In this document: positions 1-10,036 of the stretch, in pieces
Numbering within the stretch: position 1 is the stretch's first letter
How the letters are laid out: each line of letters begins with the position of its first letter
NCBI GenBank assembly: GCA_963707955.1
Contig: OY970176.1
Location: 1,760,001 to 1,824,000, forward strand
From: Candidatus Bathyarchaeota archaeon
GTDB lineage: Archaea > Thermoproteota > Bathyarchaeia > Bathyarchaeales > Bathycorpusculaceae
Direction of reading: 5' to 3'
DNA length: 64,000 nt
Program-made: the position numbers and the translations under genes
The notes under the pieces: generated by a model
What the model saw: the letters and a program-made list of their open reading frames with translations, nothing else
The model's database searches: none
Told to the model about the DNA's origin: nothing

Positions 1-204
1 GACCCATATTGCCTCCGAGGCCAAGACTTTTTCAGGGTTCGAGTAGATGTCTTCAAGAAGTCGTCTGGGGCTGTACTCGTTTCCCAGCATCTCAGCCATA
101 GAACAGCTGGCTGTGCAGATGCCGCATTCAAAGCAGTTTTTCAGCTTCTTGGCATCCAGTATTTTTTCTATTACTTCTTTGGTGATTGAGGTTGAGCTTT
201 CCAA
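1..204 (-). CDS. 4Fe-4S dicluster protein, HdrC-like (N-terminal part; runs off the window edge)
   Basis: Manual minus-strand translation from TTG at 204: MESSTSITKEVIEKILDAKKLKNCFECGICTASCSMAEMLGNEYSPRRLL...AIWV. Contains CxxCxxCxxxC followed by the HdrC-like 'YSPRR...IW' pattern. Not in the ORF track. Confidence 0.75.
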   Translation of the reverse strand, partial: MESSTSITKEVIEKILDAKKLKNCFECGICTASCSMAEMLGNEYSPRRLLEDIYSNPEKVLASEAIWV

Positions 205-356
205 GGCCGTGGGCCCTCTCAGGTACTGGAGGTTCGCAGAGATATAAAAGTTTACAAACGTAAAGGTTTTAAATAAACATACAAGCCGCGAGTTGTTTCG
301 AGTGCACATTTATATGATGAGACATAGTAGAGCATGACCCAAAGGAGAACGTTTCG

Positions 357-1391
357 ATGGAAAAAGTGAAGGTCCTAGCCTACGGCGTTGGCGTAGTCGG
401 CGGTTACATCGCGAAATACTTGCTTGAAAAAGAAGGAGTACAAATCGTCGGTGCAGTCGACGTCGCCAAAGACAAGGTCGGCAAGGACCTGGGCGAAGTT
501 CTGGGGCTGAAAAAGAAAGTTGGAGTAACAGTCTCTGGCAACATCGATTCAGCCCTTTTGAAGGTCAAAGCAGACATTGCAGTCCACACTACATCTTCCT
601 ACCTGAAGGACACCTTCGCACAGATAGCCTCAATCATAGAACACGGAGTCAACGTCATATCAACCTGCGAAGAACTGTCCTATCCATACGTTTCTGAACC
701 AAAGCTTGCGAAAAAGCTTGACGCCCTGGCCAAGAAGCACGACGTAACGGTCTTGGGAACTGGCATAAACCCGGGCTTTCTCATGGATGCTCTCGTGATA
801 ACTCTCACCGCACCCTGTCAGAAGATAGAGATGATCGAGGCAGTCCGAGTCATGAACGCAGCTACGAGGCGTTTACCATTCCAGAAGAAGATAGGTGCCG
901 GTCTGTCAGTTCAAGAGTTCACGCGGAAGATCGAGAAGAAACAGATCACAGGCCATGTTGGTCTTGAGCAATCCATCGCCATGATCGCTGACGCTTTAGC
1001 ATGGAAACTCGACAAAGTGGTCGTCCAGCCCGCAGAGGCCGTGATCGCAAAGAAACCTGTCGAGAGCAAAGACATAAGAGTCAGCGCAGGAAAAGTGGCG
1101 GGTCTGAGACAAAAAGCAAAAGGCATTGCCAAAGACAAAGAAGTCATAGTCTTAGACTTCAGGGCTTACATAGGAGCTGAAGAAGAGTACGACGCAGTAA
1201 CAATCAAGGGCATGCCAGAAATTAGACAACGAATAAGTCCATGCGTACATGGCGACTTGGGAACAGTTGCGATGATCGTTAATTCGATTCCGAAAGTGAT
1301 CAACGCGCCTGCCGGCTTGTTTACGATGAAGGACCTGCCCGTTCCGTCGGTTGCACTCGAAGACATGCGAAAATACGTGAAAACAGTTTGA
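357..1391 (+). CDS. 2,4-diaminopentanoate dehydrogenase (Ord)/DapB-like NAD(P)-dependent amine dehydrogenase family protein
   Basis: N-terminal Rossmann motif YGVGVVG; family motifs STCEELSYP, GTGINPGFLMD, GHVG and HGDLGT; SD AGGAG upstream. Confidence 0.75.
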   Translation: MEKVKVLAYGVGVVGGYIAKYLLEKEGVQIVGAVDVAKDKVGKDLGEVLGLKKKVGVTVSGNIDSALLKVKADIAVHTTSSYLKDTFAQIASIIEHGVNVISTCEELSYPYVSEPKLAKKLDALAKKHDVTVLGTGINPGFLMDALVITLTAPCQKIEMIEAVRVMNAATRRLPFQKKIGAGLSVQEFTRKIEKKQITGHVGLEQSIAMIADALAWKLDKVVVQPAEAVIAKKPVESKDIRVSAGKVAGLRQKAKGIAKDKEVIVLDFRAYIGAEEEYDAVTIKGMPEIRQRISPCVHGDLGTVAMIVNSIPKVINAPAGLFTMKDLPVPSVALEDMRKYVKTV

Positions 1392-1453
1392 CTCGGCAGA
1401 GCTACAGTATTTATCAAGCTCGCTGGTAACAGTTCTCCATCGTGGTGGCAAGC

Positions 1454-1915
1454 GTGACAAAGACAGCTGGAGTTCATGAAAAGGGAACGTTCTCTCTAGT
1501 AGACATAATAAACAGAACCAAGGGTAAACGGGGTTTTCGAAAGGCCGGAGCGATTGCAGTGTTTGTCGGTGTCGTGCGAGGAGAAACATTGGAGGGTGAA
1601 AAAGTCCAGAGGCTGGAGCTGCAGGCATACCAAGAAAAGGCAGACCAGGTGCTCACGAAAATCTGCGACGACCTGAAAAGAAAGCCCGGCATAGTTGACG
1701 TTCAAATCCACCATCTACTCGGTGAATTCCACGTTGGTGAGGACATTGTCTATGTTCTGGTTGCAGGTTCTCATCGTGAAGAGGTTTTCCCTGTTCTGGA
1801 AGAGGCGGTCGAAAGGTACAAGAAAGACGCACCTATCTTCAAGAAAGAATCAGTAACATCTGTGAAGGGCGAGAAAAGGGCTTACTGGTTAGAAGAACGA
1901 CAGAGCCATCGGTAA
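1454..1915 (+). CDS. moaE: molybdopterin synthase catalytic subunit MoaE
   Basis: GAIAVFVGVVR, LELQAY, HLLGEFHVGE, GSHREE, KKDAPIFKKE motifs; start could also be 1442. Confidence 0.9.
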   Translation: MTKTAGVHEKGTFSLVDIINRTKGKRGFRKAGAIAVFVGVVRGETLEGEKVQRLELQAYQEKADQVLTKICDDLKRKPGIVDVQIHHLLGEFHVGEDIVYVLVAGSHREEVFPVLEEAVERYKKDAPIFKKESVTSVKGEKRAYWLEERQSHR

Positions 1916-2032
1916 AACTGTCATGTAGCATTAGCTTCGCGGTTTTTCTATATAGAATAGATAGCTTTTGATAGAATATTTGGAAATTCTAAATATGCGA
2001 GGACTCCGATGTTTTTATGCGGAGGTACTGCG

Positions 2033-2104
2033 ATGCAAAGAAGCAGCAGAAAAAGGAAACAGGATGAAAAACTGAGTGAACCTTGGTACTTTACGCATTT
2101 TTGA
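2033..2104 (+). CDS. putative 23-aa small peptide MQRSSRKRKQDEKLSEPWYFTHF
   Basis: Perfect SD GGAGGT at 2021-2026, ATG at 2033, AT-rich promoter-like region upstream; no homology recognised. Confidence 0.3.
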   Translation: MQRSSRKRKQDEKLSEPWYFTHF

Positions 2105-2291
2105 GGTTGACGTCTTCAATGCTAAATCAAGTCAAGGAAGATGGTGCACGTTCAAATAAGAAAAAAGACAAAGAACAGGCGACGAGACCAAACGCAGAGA
2201 TCATTGATTGGTTTTTGGCCATAGACTTGATACACGTATAATGATGTGCGCATCAAGCTTCCAACGCAATTAGATTAGGATAGACACAGTC

Positions 2292-3380
2292 TCATTTTCT
2301 TTCAAACTGTCGACTTATAACAGATTCTACAGTCAGATTGAGGACGATTTCGCCGATGTCAGACGCGTATTCCGCGGTTCTTCTAACGCTTTCTATGATC
2401 AATCGGATGTTTGCAGCTTCTTCGACACCGATTTCTTGAGCCGCCAACACAGCCTCTTTTTCCATGGCAAGGATGTCCTTCGTCTTTTCGATAGCGCTCT
2501 CCGCAAGTTCAAAATCTCGTTTGAACAGAGATTCTATCGCGTTTTCAAAGATTGAAATGGCCAGTGAGCTCATGTCAAGAATCTTCTTGAGAATTCTTTC
2601 GTCGAGATGCTTCTTCAAAGGCAGAACATTTTCGGCAATGCTGACAGCGTGATCAGCCGTTCTTTCGACTGACTTGGTTACGAGCCGGTATCCGAGGCAT
2701 TCTCTTGCGTTGGCCAATCCTGTTTCTTTTATGATCGTTGGATTCTGTATAGCCATCTTGAGTTGACGAATGACGTACAGGTTGAACCGGTCAACTTCGT
2801 TATCAGTTGCCATAACATCTTTTGCAAGTTGATGGTCCGCCTTCTGCAGAGCCACTATTGCGTCCTTGTGCATCGAAGCCGTGATTATGGCCATTCTTCG
2901 CAAGGCACTTTGCACGGACAGTTCAGGATAGCTCAGCAGGACTTGTAATATCAACTCTGTCGGCGTATCCGTAACTATCTCGGTTCCCACGAGCAGATCG
3001 CGCGCAAAGCTCTTCAATGAACTCCGTTGCTTTGAAGAAAGTTGCTGTCCGTCCTGGGCTTTGATGTGCACTGTGTTGTAACCGACTAAGTAAGCAGAAA
3101 CTGTTTTCCGTATTATAGGGTCAGGCAGGTCCTTTGGAGAAACCATGACGTAGGCCTCTTGCAGTGGTTCTTGTTTTATCAAGTCTGACGGCATTATTGA
3201 CAATGATCCATCGTCTTCTGAACGTACGAGAATCGTACTGCTCTTCTTCAGTTGATTCTGAATTATCCATCTCTTGGGCAGAGAGATCACGTACGTTGAG
3301 CCGCCTGTCAGCTGAAGCCTTCTCGTTTCTCCTTCCTGTTTTCTGGAAGTGGGTGACACTCTACTCATATTTATAGTCAA
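2292..3380 (-). CDS. archaeal phosphate uptake regulator (AbrB/SpoVT DNA-binding N-terminus plus PhoU domains)
   Basis: RRLQLTGGSTYVISLPKRW AbrB motif; DNEVDR, ERTADHA and RRTAEYASDI PhoU motifs; divergent from the pst operon. Confidence 0.9.
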   Translation of the reverse strand: MTINMSRVSPTSRKQEGETRRLQLTGGSTYVISLPKRWIIQNQLKKSSTILVRSEDDGSLSIMPSDLIKQEPLQEAYVMVSPKDLPDPIIRKTVSAYLVGYNTVHIKAQDGQQLSSKQRSSLKSFARDLLVGTEIVTDTPTELILQVLLSYPELSVQSALRRMAIITASMHKDAIVALQKADHQLAKDVMATDNEVDRFNLYVIRQLKMAIQNPTIIKETGLANARECLGYRLVTKSVERTADHAVSIAENVLPLKKHLDERILKKILDMSSLAISIFENAIESLFKRDFELAESAIEKTKDILAMEKEAVLAAQEIGVEEAANIRLIIESVRRTAEYASDIGEIVLNLTVESVISRQFERK

Positions 3381-3399
3381 CTACAATCTATTTATTAAA

Positions 3400-3470
3400 T
3401 GCTTCTCTATATAGTTTATAAAGAATATATAAGCAACATATATAATTCTGCTCAACCTCTTAAGAGTTGA
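3400..3470. promoter_or_regulatory. divergent regulator/pstS promoter region with TATATA repeats and an imperfect palindrome
   Basis: TATATA at 3408, 3426 and 3439; TTTATAAA at 3415; palindrome TCAAC(C)TCTTAAGAGTTGA at 3452-3470. Confidence 0.55.
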
Positions 3471-3546
3471 AAATTAAAATGAAAAACGAAGAGATGTTAA
3501 AAATGAACTCGATAAACGCAACTACGCGGAAACTGAGGTATAAAAA

Positions 3547-4716
3547 ATGAAAAATACATACGTAATCGCCTTAGCAGCAGTAGTACTCGTCATAGTCATA
3601 GGAGGCGTGTTTGCCTACACGTATCTGGGGCGATCAGCAGCATCAACGCCTACGCCAAAACTAGCGGCTGCAACCCTTAACGGAGCAGGAAGTACACTTG
3701 TCTACCCGCTAATGTCTGTTTGGGAATCAGTCTATGCAGGAGTCGAACCCCAAATAAAAGTTAACTACAATCCTGTTGGAAGCGGTACCGGAATTACTGA
3801 CTTTCAAGATCAAATTGTCGATTTTGGCGGATCGGATGCACCAATGACTGCGGCACAGTATGCGGCACTTCCTTCAGGCACAACGGCTCTAACCATACCA
3901 ATATCCGCCAGCGCAGTGGTACCAGCATATAACTTAAAGCTTGCCAACGGTTCAATCTGTGGGAACGGTCTCAATTTCACCGGCACAGTTCTAGCAAATA
4001 TTTTCTTGGGAACCATAACTACATGGAACGACACACAAATTCAAAGTCTAAACCCAACAATACCTTTGCCTGATACACCAATAACCACGGTTCATCGATC
4101 TGACGGAAGCGGAACCATGTTCGCCTTCACTGATTTCTTATCCGAAGCAAGCCCAACATGGAACAAAACGGCTGGAAAGAGTACGTCTGCAACCATTTGG
4201 CCAACCATTCCACTTGAAATCGCAGCTCCTAAAAATGCTGGTGTAGCAGCTGCCATTGCTGGTAACAATGGCGCGATCGGTCCGCTTGAAATTGCCTATA
4301 TACTTGAAAACACAGGTCAAACCTCACTTTACTATGGCACCGTTCAAAATGCTGCAGGCAACTTCATCCTAGCTAACGTGACAAACATAGCAGCCGCGCT
4401 TCAAGCCGGAGCCTCTTTTGGTCTTCCAGCGGGAAATGCTGCATGGACAAGTGTCTCTATGGTCGACAACGTATACGGCGATGCAGCAGCCACTAATATC
4501 TACCCAATTGTGACCTTAACTTACGCTCTGGTATATGAACAACAGTCTAGTTATACTCAAGGTGCAGCTCTCGTCAACTTCACTTCATGGATTGTGAACT
4601 CAGGCCAAACAGATGGACAAGGGTTAGGCTACGTCGCATTGCCAGCTAACATAGTCGCTGTTGACAACGCAACGATCAAGTTGATAACCTACGACGGAAC
4701 GCCAATACAAAGCTAG
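3547..4716 (+). CDS. pstS: phosphate ABC transporter substrate-binding protein PstS
   Basis: N-terminal membrane anchor; GAGST, GSGTG, DFGGSDAPM, HRSDGSGT and YPI motifs. Confidence 0.95.
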   Translation: MKNTYVIALAAVVLVIVIGGVFAYTYLGRSAASTPTPKLAAATLNGAGSTLVYPLMSVWESVYAGVEPQIKVNYNPVGSGTGITDFQDQIVDFGGSDAPMTAAQYAALPSGTTALTIPISASAVVPAYNLKLANGSICGNGLNFTGTVLANIFLGTITTWNDTQIQSLNPTIPLPDTPITTVHRSDGSGTMFAFTDFLSEASPTWNKTAGKSTSATIWPTIPLEIAAPKNAGVAAAIAGNNGAIGPLEIAYILENTGQTSLYYGTVQNAAGNFILANVTNIAAALQAGASFGLPAGNAAWTSVSMVDNVYGDAAATNIYPIVTLTYALVYEQQSSYTQGAALVNFTSWIVNSGQTDGQGLGYVALPANIVAVDNATIKLITYDGTPIQS

Positions 4717-4779
4717 AATTTAATAGGCTATTCCTCCCCAATTTTTTATACTAACCAAGAAATACTGAGGACCGCAAAA

Positions 4780-5709
4780 TTGCAATTCAAACTGTCAAGA
4801 GGAGATACAATATTGAAAATCGTTCTTGCAGCTGCAGCTTTATGCATTATAGGTCTTCTTGTTGCACTTGCGGTTGAACTTTATCTGGGCGCAGCCCCCT
4901 CAATATACAAATTCGGACCAGCCTTTTTGATTGGATCAAAGTGGGATTCAGGTAAGGATGTATTTGGTGCTTTGCCGTTTATTTACGGAACACTGTTAAC
5001 ATCAGCGATTGCTATTGTCATAGGACTCCCAATTAGCCTGGGAGTAGCTATCTTTATCTCAGAGAAGCTAAAAAGCCATCAAACCTTTGGTTATTTATTA
5101 GGAACAATAGTTGATCTCCTAGCGGTTGTGCCCAGTGTTATTTACGGTCTATGGGGGATATTAATCCTAGCCCCGTTATTGCGTGATTATGTGGAAAAGC
5201 CCTTACATAATTCTCTTGGTTTCATCCCATTATTCTCGGGGACTCCTTCTACATTTAATTTTTTTACGGCTGGAATCATATTAGCTATAATGATTATTCC
5301 AACAATGTCCGCAGTTTCTAGAGATGTCTTAAATGCGGTTCCAAATAGTCAGCGCGAAGCAATGTACTCGCTTGGCGCTACAGAATGGGAAGTCACACAG
5401 AAAAGCGTCTTGCCCTATGCCAGGTCAGGTATATTTGGTGCGTTTGTTTTGGGGCTGGGACGTGCTGTCGGTGAAACAATGGCTGTTACCATGGTGATCG
5501 GCAACATTCCCACAATTACTCCGAATTTGTTTTCGACTGGCCAAACTTTATCTTCGCTAATAGCAAATGAATTCGGCGAGTCTTCAGGACTTTATGAATC
5601 CGCCATAATTGAAATAGGACTAATCCTGTTTCTTGTAGCTTTATTAATTAATGTTTTTGCCCGACTTTTGCTTTGGAGGATGACTCATGGAACACAAGTT
5701 AAGGTTTGA
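4780..5709 (+). CDS. pstC: phosphate ABC transporter permease PstC
   Basis: LAVVPSVIYGLWG, REAMYSLGAT, LGLGRAVGETMAV. Confidence 0.95.
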   Translation: MQFKLSRGDTILKIVLAAAALCIIGLLVALAVELYLGAAPSIYKFGPAFLIGSKWDSGKDVFGALPFIYGTLLTSAIAIVIGLPISLGVAIFISEKLKSHQTFGYLLGTIVDLLAVVPSVIYGLWGILILAPLLRDYVEKPLHNSLGFIPLFSGTPSTFNFFTAGIILAIMIIPTMSAVSRDVLNAVPNSQREAMYSLGATEWEVTQKSVLPYARSGIFGAFVLGLGRAVGETMAVTMVIGNIPTITPNLFSTGQTLSSLIANEFGESSGLYESAIIEIGLILFLVALLINVFARLLLWRMTHGTQVKV

Positions 5710-5723
5710 GAGGGGTTGCGGTA

Positions 5724-6602
5724 ATGACAAAATCTAATCTGCCTACGAGTATTTCACTCTGGCGAAAAATCGTTAACAAGTTAATGACCATATTAGTGAT
5801 AGTAGCCGTTGTTCTAGCCGTAGTACCCCTAATATTAATTCTCGGAGACGTTTTCATACGAGGAGGGTCAGCCATAAATCTAACGTTCTTAACTCATTTG
5901 CAGACTGCAATGAATTTTCCCGGCGGAGGAATAGCTAATGCACTAGTTGGTTCTTTTACAATGGTGGGTTTAGCTGCCCTTATTTCTATACCAATTGGTG
6001 TTGGAGCAGGTATCTTTTTTTCAGAATGGTCTTCATCTAAGCTTTCCACAGTTTCAGGTTTCATGAACGATGTGCTTACTGGATTTCCTTCAATGGTGAT
6101 AGGGCTGTTCGTTTTCGTTATAATTGTGATGACTACCAAAGAATTTTCTGCTTTTGCAGGTGCTGTCGCTTTAAGTTTCGTAATGATTCCTATTATTGCA
6201 AGGACGACAGGTGAATCTCTTAAGCTTGTTCCAATGACATTAAGAGAAGCCTCGATGGCTCTTGGAATCCCAAGATGGAAAACCGTGCTCAGCGTCGTTA
6301 TAAGTACAGGGAAAAATGGACTCTTGACTGGCATACTGTTGGCAGTGGCGCGTGCAACAGGAGAGACAGCTCCATTACTATTAACAGCGGGCTACAGCAA
6401 TTACATTGCATTAAGTTTATTTCAGCAAACAGGCTCATTAACAGTTCTCATTTACAATTACGGTACTTCTTCGAGCGCATCTTGGCAGACTCAGGCGTGG
6501 GGAGCAGCTTTAGTCCTTATACTCATCATGCTTGCACTGAATCTTTCGGTCAGGCTTATTATTGGAAGAAAACTAACAGAAACAAGGATGGTATATGTAT
6601 AG
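5724..6602 (+). CDS. pstA: phosphate ABC transporter permease PstA
   Basis: GGGIANALVGS, PSMVIGLF, REASMALG, ARATGETAPLL. Confidence 0.95.
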   Translation: MTKSNLPTSISLWRKIVNKLMTILVIVAVVLAVVPLILILGDVFIRGGSAINLTFLTHLQTAMNFPGGGIANALVGSFTMVGLAALISIPIGVGAGIFFSEWSSSKLSTVSGFMNDVLTGFPSMVIGLFVFVIIVMTTKEFSAFAGAVALSFVMIPIIARTTGESLKLVPMTLREASMALGIPRWKTVLSVVISTGKNGLLTGILLAVARATGETAPLLLTAGYSNYIALSLFQQTGSLTVLIYNYGTSSSASWQTQAWGAALVLILIMLALNLSVRLIIGRKLTETRMVYV

Positions 6603-6666
6603 TAAGGTGAAAGGATGAAAATTCAAAAGGCGACATACAAAATCAAGTTAGGAGGGACGATCAAAA

Positions 6667-7452
6667 ATAAGTAACTACGAAAACCTAGGTTTATCGACGG
6701 TTAAGCTGGCAACGAAAGACTTGAAAGCTAAATTTGGCAAAGTACAAGTTCTGAATGGAATCAACTTAGAGTTCCGTGAAAATAGCATAACTGCTATTAT
6801 GGGTCCTTCTGGATGTGGAAAAACTACGTTGATAAGATGCCTTAACCGGATTCACGAATTGACTCCAAACGCAAAAGTCGAAGGAGAGGTCATTTTAGAT
6901 GGAGTAAACATCTATTCTCCACGAGTTGATCCAGTTTTAATTCGCAGAAGGATAGGCATGGTCTTCCAGAAGGCCAATCCCTTTCCTACGATGTCTATAT
7001 ACGATAATGTGATAGCAGGCTTGAAACTCAGTGGTGTGAGAAATAAAGAGAAGCTCGACAGCGTGGCAGAAAGAAGTCTTCGAATGGCTTTCCTTTGGGA
7101 CGAAGTCAAAGATGATCTCAAGAAACCGGGAGTTGACTTGTCTGGGGGGCAACAGCAGAGGCTATGCATAGCGCGAGCCCTTGCGGTTGAGCCAGAAGTT
7201 ATTCTTATGGATGAGCCCTGCTCAGCTCTTGACCCAGTTGCTACCGCGAAAATTGAGGAATCAGTTATGTTGCTTAAACAGGATTATACGATAGTGATTG
7301 TGACGCATAATATGCAGCAAGCCGCACGTGTTTCGGACTTTACCGCTTTTATGTACTTAGGTGAACTTGTGGAGTTCGGTGACACAACGAGCATGTTTGA
7401 AAACCCAAAAAGTGAGTTAACAGAGAAATATCTAACTGGGAAATTTGGTTAG
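6667..7452 (+). CDS. pstB: phosphate ABC transporter ATP-binding protein PstB
   Basis: Walker [51 protein letters not shown]. Start uncertain: TTG 6721, or in-frame ATA 6667 after SD GGAGGG. Confidence 0.95.
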   Translation: MSNYENLGLSTVKLATKDLKAKFGKVQVLNGINLEFRENSITAIMGPSGCGKTTLIRCLNRIHELTPNAKVEGEVILDGVNIYSPRVDPVLIRRRIGMVFQKANPFPTMSIYDNVIAGLKLSGVRNKEKLDSVAERSLRMAFLWDEVKDDLKKPGVDLSGGQQQRLCIARALAVEPEVILMDEPCSALDPVATAKIEESVMLLKQDYTIVIVTHNMQQAARVSDFTAFMYLGELVEFGDTTSMFENPKSELTEKYLTGKFG

Positions 7453-7462
7453 GTGAAGACGC

Positions 7463-8101
7463 ATGAGCAGATTGCTGGACGCCGGTTTAGAACAACTAAC
7501 GGCTATCGTTTTGAAGATGGGTGAGGCCGCTGAAAAAGCAGTTAGGACGTCTATCGCAGGGTTCATGGATGGCAGGGACGTAAGTGAACAAGTTAGAGAA
7601 CTGTCGGAAATGCTGGTTACGATGACCGTCAGTGTTGAAGACAAGGCATTCGAGCTGATAGTGAAGTATCAGCCTGTTGCGTCGGACTTGAGGATAATAA
7701 ATTCCTACATGAAAATCGCCTACGATTTTGAAAGGTACGGCCGCTATGCCTGGGACATCTCTTTTACCCACCGAAAATTCGCTACCTCAGAGAAATGCGC
7801 ATACTCATGGGACACCATGGAAAAGATGACCGAGAAAACGTTGCATATGGTTCGGACGAGCATAAAAGCCCTAAGAACTAATGATGGAGAATTGGTCAAG
7901 TCTCTTGCAAGCACTGAGAGCGAGGTTGACGAGATGTACTCCAACTATCTGGACAAGTTGTCAAAGGCTCCTCCTACCACAAAATGCATAGTCTGCAACC
8001 TCCTAGTAGTTAGGTACCTTGAGAGAATAGCGGACCACGCAACTTACGTTGGTGAAGCGATTTATTACATCGCAAGCGGCGAGAAAATAAGTCTAAGGTA
8101 G
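7463..8101 (+). CDS. phoU: phosphate signaling/transport accessory protein PhoU
   Basis: QPVASDLR, DFERYG, EVDEMY, YLERIADHATYVGE. Confidence 0.92.
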   Translation: MSRLLDAGLEQLTAIVLKMGEAAEKAVRTSIAGFMDGRDVSEQVRELSEMLVTMTVSVEDKAFELIVKYQPVASDLRIINSYMKIAYDFERYGRYAWDISFTHRKFATSEKCAYSWDTMEKMTEKTLHMVRTSIKALRTNDGELVKSLASTESEVDEMYSNYLDKLSKAPPTTKCIVCNLLVVRYLERIADHATYVGEAIYYIASGEKISLR

Positions 8102-8177
8102 AACTTGCTGCGAGGTTTTGGTCCTGAGAAAGGTTATAAGCACATGTGGAAAGGTAGTTTTAGCGGAGATGTAGAAC

Positions 8178-8846
8178 TTGGAAAGAAGAAGCTATGCATG
8201 GTTTGAAAAGCGTCGCAGGACAAAAGCTTTGGACTTAGCTCAAGAGCAGATAGCGAAAGCAATCGACACTGTAACCCTGTTACATCAGGCAACGAAGGGC
8301 ATTGCAGAAGGGAAGACAAAAGAAGCGATGCAGCGAATTGAGATTCTCTTCAAGACTGAAGAAGAGGTGGACCGTCTGCGAATGGACGTTTTCAAGGAGC
8401 TGTCAAAGGGTGCGGCCTTGGTTGCTGACTATCGTGAGGACCTGCTTCATCTTGTTAAAAGGCTCGACACTCTAGCTGATGATGTGAAGGACGCAGCAAG
8501 ATGCATGGAAATGCTCGCAGACACTCAGATTCCGCAGGAACTCTGCGAAAACACGGTGTGTATGACATCGGACCTGGTCGATTGCGCCCGTGCCCTACAT
8601 AACAGCATCGAGAAGATCTCGGTGGCTCCGGCAGAAGCAACAGAAGGTTCCAAAAAAGTCGAAGAGATTGAGCATCGAATTGACGACGATTATCTCAAGA
8701 CAAAGAAATTGTTCATCAAATACGGAGGGCAGATGAACGCGGGCACAATGGTAATCTTCGACGATTTGATCGAGTTCATCGAACAGGCTGCTGACATGTG
8801 TGCAGACACGGCTGACTACATCGTCATACTTTCCAACAGGGAATAG
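8178..8846 (+). CDS. DUF47 family PhoU-like phosphate transport regulator
   Basis: EEEVDRLR, REDLLHLVKRLDTLAD, IEHRIDD, IEQAADMCAD helical repeat pattern. Confidence 0.85.
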   Translation: MERRSYAWFEKRRRTKALDLAQEQIAKAIDTVTLLHQATKGIAEGKTKEAMQRIEILFKTEEEVDRLRMDVFKELSKGAALVADYREDLLHLVKRLDTLADDVKDAARCMEMLADTQIPQELCENTVCMTSDLVDCARALHNSIEKISVAPAEATEGSKKVEEIEHRIDDDYLKTKKLFIKYGGQMNAGTMVIFDDLIEFIEQAADMCADTADYIVILSNRE

Positions 8847-9077
8847 CGCGCGCGAGTTGGAAAATCTATAGATTGAAAATCCCGCGTGTGTCGTGGCTAC
8901 TTCGCCAGTGCAGTTGAACGTTGAAGTGATAACTGATCCCGCAGAAGTTCTGAGGTTTGTCGCTCAGGATGGTACGCACAAATCGTGTGTCCGCTCGCGT
9001 CTAACTAAAGTCAAACAAAGAAAGAAAAGGCGAGGTACTCGCCAAATGGGTACTTGGTTTTTTTAGGATTTCTGTTT

Positions 9078-9365
9078 CTAATCCTTTGCCAGCGTTATTT
9101 CCATTGTAGAAACCGCTCTTGCACCGCTTTCGCCTTCCCTGGCGGGCATCTGCTCTGTTCCTATGGCGATCTTTGAAACCTTCAGGTCCTTGAGGAAGCG
9201 GCTTCTCGTTATCTCAGCAACGTCCACCGCTGTCGTGATTGCTTGTCCTCTTGCCTTCAGTGTTATCTCTTTGCTGTTGGATGCCGATAGGCTGGTTATG
9301 ATCGCCAAGACGTAGCTCATTGCTGGTTTCCTGCCAATGAAAACAATCTTCGCACTTTCTGACAT
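9078..9365 (-). CDS. albA: chromatin protein Alba
   Basis: FIGRKPAMSYVLA, LKARGQAITTAVDVAEI, VSTMEITL. Confidence 0.95.
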   Translation of the reverse strand: MSESAKIVFIGRKPAMSYVLAIITSLSASNSKEITLKARGQAITTAVDVAEITRSRFLKDLKVSKIAIGTEQMPAREGESGARAVSTMEITLAKD

Positions 9366-9690
9366 TTTTCTTCACTCCTTTTGTTTTTAATTGTGTGTAG
9401 CGTTGTGTCTCTGTCTCATGTTCTCAACAGAACGCTACCGCGCCTTAATAATGCGCAACTCTCCTTTATAAACGCGATGAAAACAAACTTCTATTCGATT
9501 CCTCTATACAAAATCTGCTCAAGGACCGTCAATGATCAAGATTGGTTGCTCCACCATCCGTGTTGCCACACATTTACTCGTTTATAGTCTGAAGTTAGTT
9601 TTTTCTGTGAAATTCGTGGACGCGAGACAATGACAAGTCTCTTATGTTGTAACTCGACTGATAACAGGAGGCTGAGAGGTGAATTCACTG

Positions 9691-9996
9691 ATGGGGTTTG
9701 TGAAAGTAGCTTCGACAAAGGACCTGAAACCGGGTGAAATGATCGATGCTGGCGCGGGAGAAAAAGAGATCTGTGTTGCCAACATGGGAGGCAAGTACTA
9801 CGCGATTGGCAATCGTTGCACGCATATGGGTTGCTTGCTTTCAGACGGTACGCTGAGGGGAGAGAACGTAACGTGTCCGTGTCACGGTTCAGTTTTCAAC
9901 GTTCTAACGGGAGCCGTGGTGAAAGGACCTGCACAAAAATCTGAACCCGCATATGGAGTAAGGATAGAAGAAGACCAGGTCTTGATCGACGTGTGA
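9691..9996 (+). CDS. Rieske (2Fe-2S) ferredoxin
   Basis: CTHMGC and CPCHGS Rieske motifs; SD GAGGTGA upstream. Confidence 0.92.
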   Translation: MGFVKVASTKDLKPGEMIDAGAGEKEICVANMGGKYYAIGNRCTHMGCLLSDGTLRGENVTCPCHGSVFNVLTGAVVKGPAQKSEPAYGVRIEEDQVLIDV

Positions 9997-10036
9997 ATGG
10001 GCAGCTGCGCCGTTTAAGCAAGCACACCGAGTGAGT

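Noticed and set aside
8905-8955. Possible C/D box sRNA (two CTGA boxes) between the DUF47 gene and alba
   Set aside because: No convincing RTGATGA C box at the proper spacing
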